From the NCBI GenBank assembly GCA_050486505.1, contig JBJHDK010000041.1, positions 1 to 20,477 of the forward strand: a stretch of 20,477 nucleotides of DNA. Direction: 5' to 3'. The notes under the pieces were generated by a model, which had not been told where the DNA came from, did not search any database, and saw only the letters and a program-made list of their open reading frames with translations. Source of the DNA: Fibrobacteria bacterium (GTDB lineage: Bacteria; Fibrobacterota; Fibrobacteria; UBA11236). Each line of letters begins with the position of its first letter. Positions within the stretch are counted from its first letter, which is position 1. A program made the position numbers and the translations under genes. Of this stretch, positions 18,821 to 20,477 are shown piece after piece.

Positions 18821-18861
18821 GAGGCCGGAAGGGCGAAAGTTTCTCCGGCCTCTGCTTTTTT
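18821..18861 (+). terminator. Terminator-like hairpin
   Basis: Stem GAGGCCGGA...TCCGGCCTC with a GAAA-capped inner stem, followed by TGC and T6. Confidence 0.55.
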
Positions 18862-19050
18862 CCCCCGGTACACCTCTGGCCCGCAAATTGCCCCTGATGT
18901 GCGGCTCCACACGGAGTCCGCAGAATGCCGCCATTTCCCAAAACCAGACCACGACTTGGTGAAACCGTCCGCACCTTCCGGTGCCCCAACCTTCACCTCC
19001 CGACCCCCACCCTCCCCATCCTCAGTGGGGAAAACGTCCCTTCCCACCAC

Positions 19051-19079
19051 TTGCCCGACTGTATCCTATGGGCTACATT
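19051..19079 (+). promoter_or_regulatory. Toxin-antitoxin promoter with overlapping palindromic operator
   Basis: TTGCCC-17 nt-TACATT. The imperfect palindrome TGTATCCTATGGGCTACA (19060-19077) covers the spacer and the -10 box. Confidence 0.65.
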
Positions 19080-19085
19080 CATCCC

Positions 19086-19376
19086 GTGATCAAGCTCCGC
19101 AAAACTGCGGAGTTCGCACAGTGGTTCGACGAGCTGCACGACAAACAGGCTCGTGCGCGAATCCAGACCCGGTTCAAGCGGTTGAGCGAGGGAAATCTCG
19201 GCGACCACAGAAACCTGAGTGGAGGCGTTTTCGAACTACGCATTCACCACGGCCCCGGGTACCGGGTGTATTGCACCCGACGTGGAGCGACCTTGGTGAT
19301 CGTGTTGGCCGGTGGAGACAAAAGCTCGCAGGACAAGGATATTCAGACCGCCTTGCGCATAGCCAAAGGCTGCTGA
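19086..19376 (+). CDS. Type II toxin, RelE/ParE superfamily (addiction module killer protein; alternative start at 19068)
   Basis: KTAEFAQWFDEL, ARARIQTRFKRL, GNLGD, GVFELRIHHGPGYRVY and LAGGDKSSQDKDI. Confidence 0.92.
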   Translation: MIKLRKTAEFAQWFDELHDKQARARIQTRFKRLSEGNLGDHRNLSGGVFELRIHHGPGYRVYCTRRGATLVIVLAGGDKSSQDKDIQTALRIAKGC

Positions 19377-19385
19377 GGAGGAAAC

Positions 19386-19682
19386 ATGGCGAAAAAAACA
19401 ATCACCACGCCTTACGATGTGGCCGAACACCTTCGAACGCCCGAGGAGCGCGCGGCTTACCTCGAAGCCACCATCGAAGATTTCAATGGCGACCCGCGCT
19501 ACGTCATGGAAGCGTTGGGCGACATCGCCCGCTCCGAGGGCATGACCAAGATCGCGCGCAAAACCGGCCTCTCCCGCGAAAGCCTCTACAAGGCTCTCTC
19601 CGGCACGCGCAAGCCGGAGTTCGCCACCATCCTCAAAGTCATGACCGCGCTCGGCCTGCAGTTCCACGTCGTTGCGCGGTAA
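19386..19682 (+). CDS. Addiction module antidote protein (HTH antitoxin)
   Basis: YDVAEHL, ALGDIARSEGMTKIARKTGLSRESLYKALS and PEFATILKV. GAGGAGG Shine-Dalgarno. Lies directly downstream of the toxin. Confidence 0.93.
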   Translation: MAKKTITTPYDVAEHLRTPEERAAYLEATIEDFNGDPRYVMEALGDIARSEGMTKIARKTGLSRESLYKALSGTRKPEFATILKVMTALGLQFHVVAR

Positions 19683-19731
19683 CCACCCCACGCTACGTCC
19701 CCGCCTTCCGCCCGCAGCCTTTACAATCGCC

Positions 19732-20298
19732 CTACACCCGCAGCGCCCCCCGGAACCCGCGGGCGCCGTAGTACGACTCCGCCCCGTTGTGGTACAGAAA
19801 CACGTGGTCGTAGCGGCGGTCCATGAACAGCGCGCCGCCGCGCTTGCGGATCGCGGGCGGGGTGACGATCCAGCTCGACGTCTTCAAGTCGAACTCCCCC
19901 AGCGTCTGCAAAAAGCGGTACTGCTCCTCGTCGAGGAGCGTGACGCCCATGGACTCCGCCATGTGCACCGCGCTATCGGCCGGCTTGTGCTCCTTGCGCG
20001 CCGCCAGCGCTGCCGCGTCGTAGCACACGCTCCGCCGCCCCTTGGGAGACTCGGGCGCACAGTCGAAGAACACCACCTCGCCGGATTTCTTGTCATACCC
20101 CACCACATCCGGTTCCCCGCCCGTGCGCTCCATCTCGTGCAACGACCACTGCGTGTCCGGATGTTTCTCCAGCCGCGCCTGAACCTTCGCCCAGGCGAGA
20201 CCTTGATGGCGACCCGGGTTCTTTTCGAACCGCGCTTTCAACGTCTCGAACAACGCCTCACGATCCTGTGCGGACAACTTCTTTTGCGAAGGGCTCAT
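19732..20298 (-). CDS. DUF4256 domain protein
   Basis: LKARFEKN, WSLHEMERTGGEPDVV, ESPKGRRSVCYD, FDLKTSSW and YHNGAESYYGARGFRG. AAGGAG lies upstream of the ATG at 20298. Confidence 0.9.
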   Translation of the reverse strand: MSPSQKKLSAQDREALFETLKARFEKNPGRHQGLAWAKVQARLEKHPDTQWSLHEMERTGGEPDVVGYDKKSGEVVFFDCAPESPKGRRSVCYDAAALAARKEHKPADSAVHMAESMGVTLLDEEQYRFLQTLGEFDLKTSSWIVTPPAIRKRGGALFMDRRYDHVFLYHNGAESYYGARGFRGALRV

Positions 20299-20369
20299 TC
20301 GGGGGGACTCCTTGGCGTCAACGCGACGGAGGGGATTGTAGAAAATCGGGCGATACCTTCCTGACCCGT

Positions 20370-20418
20370 GAGGTGGGAGGCAGGAGGTAGGAGGTATCGG
20401 GGGATAGGTATCAGGTGA
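20370..20418 (-). repeat. Tandem heptamer repeat x7, same family as 1907-1941 in opposite orientation
   Basis: gaggtgg gaggcag gaggtag gaggtat cggggga taggtat caggtga. Confidence 0.75.
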
Positions 20419-20477
20419 AGCTGCCCGGTCAATCCCGTACGACTCAACCGCCCTGCAGCTCCATTGTTCCATTGTTC

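Noticed and set aside
18811..18861. c-di-GMP-I (GEMM) riboswitch, suggested by GAAAG...CTCCGGCCT
   Set aside because: The GGCAAAC and GACGCAAAG core and the second stem are missing. A simple hairpin or terminator fits better.
18809..19771. 320-aa plus-strand ORF and the 18981 extension of the toxin
   Set aside because: Low-complexity Pro/Arg shadow frames overlapping the well-supported TA genes and their promoter.
20444..20477. Possible 3' end of a minus-strand gene (..NNGTMELQGG*)
   Set aside because: Only about 10 codons at the window edge, which is too short to support.

Overview
This is GC-rich bacterial DNA in two parts. The housekeeping block (1-6019) holds the end of a SUF Fe-S operon (sufD-sufS-sufU) converging on rdgB and leuS, and is studded with several families of palindromic REP-like repeats, including a pair inside rdgB. 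The accessory/defence block (about 6277-20298) holds a small ORF plus zeta-toxin-like P-loop kinase, an ORF6N/PLD-like protein, a gene remnant beside a 163-bp MITE, and a translationally coupled six-gene operon. That operon is C5 methyltransferase, Vsr, MORC/GHKL ATPase, Z1 protein, DUF4420 PD-(D/E)XK nuclease and AIPR, i.e. an Mza-like system with dcm-vsr in place of mzaA. It is followed by a pseudogene broken by two 22-bp hairpin insertions, a candidate sRNA, a RelE-type/HTH toxin-antitoxin pair and a DUF4256 gene. No rRNA, tRNA, CRISPR array, integrase or transposase was found. Family assignments come from motif recognition by eye, not from database searches.
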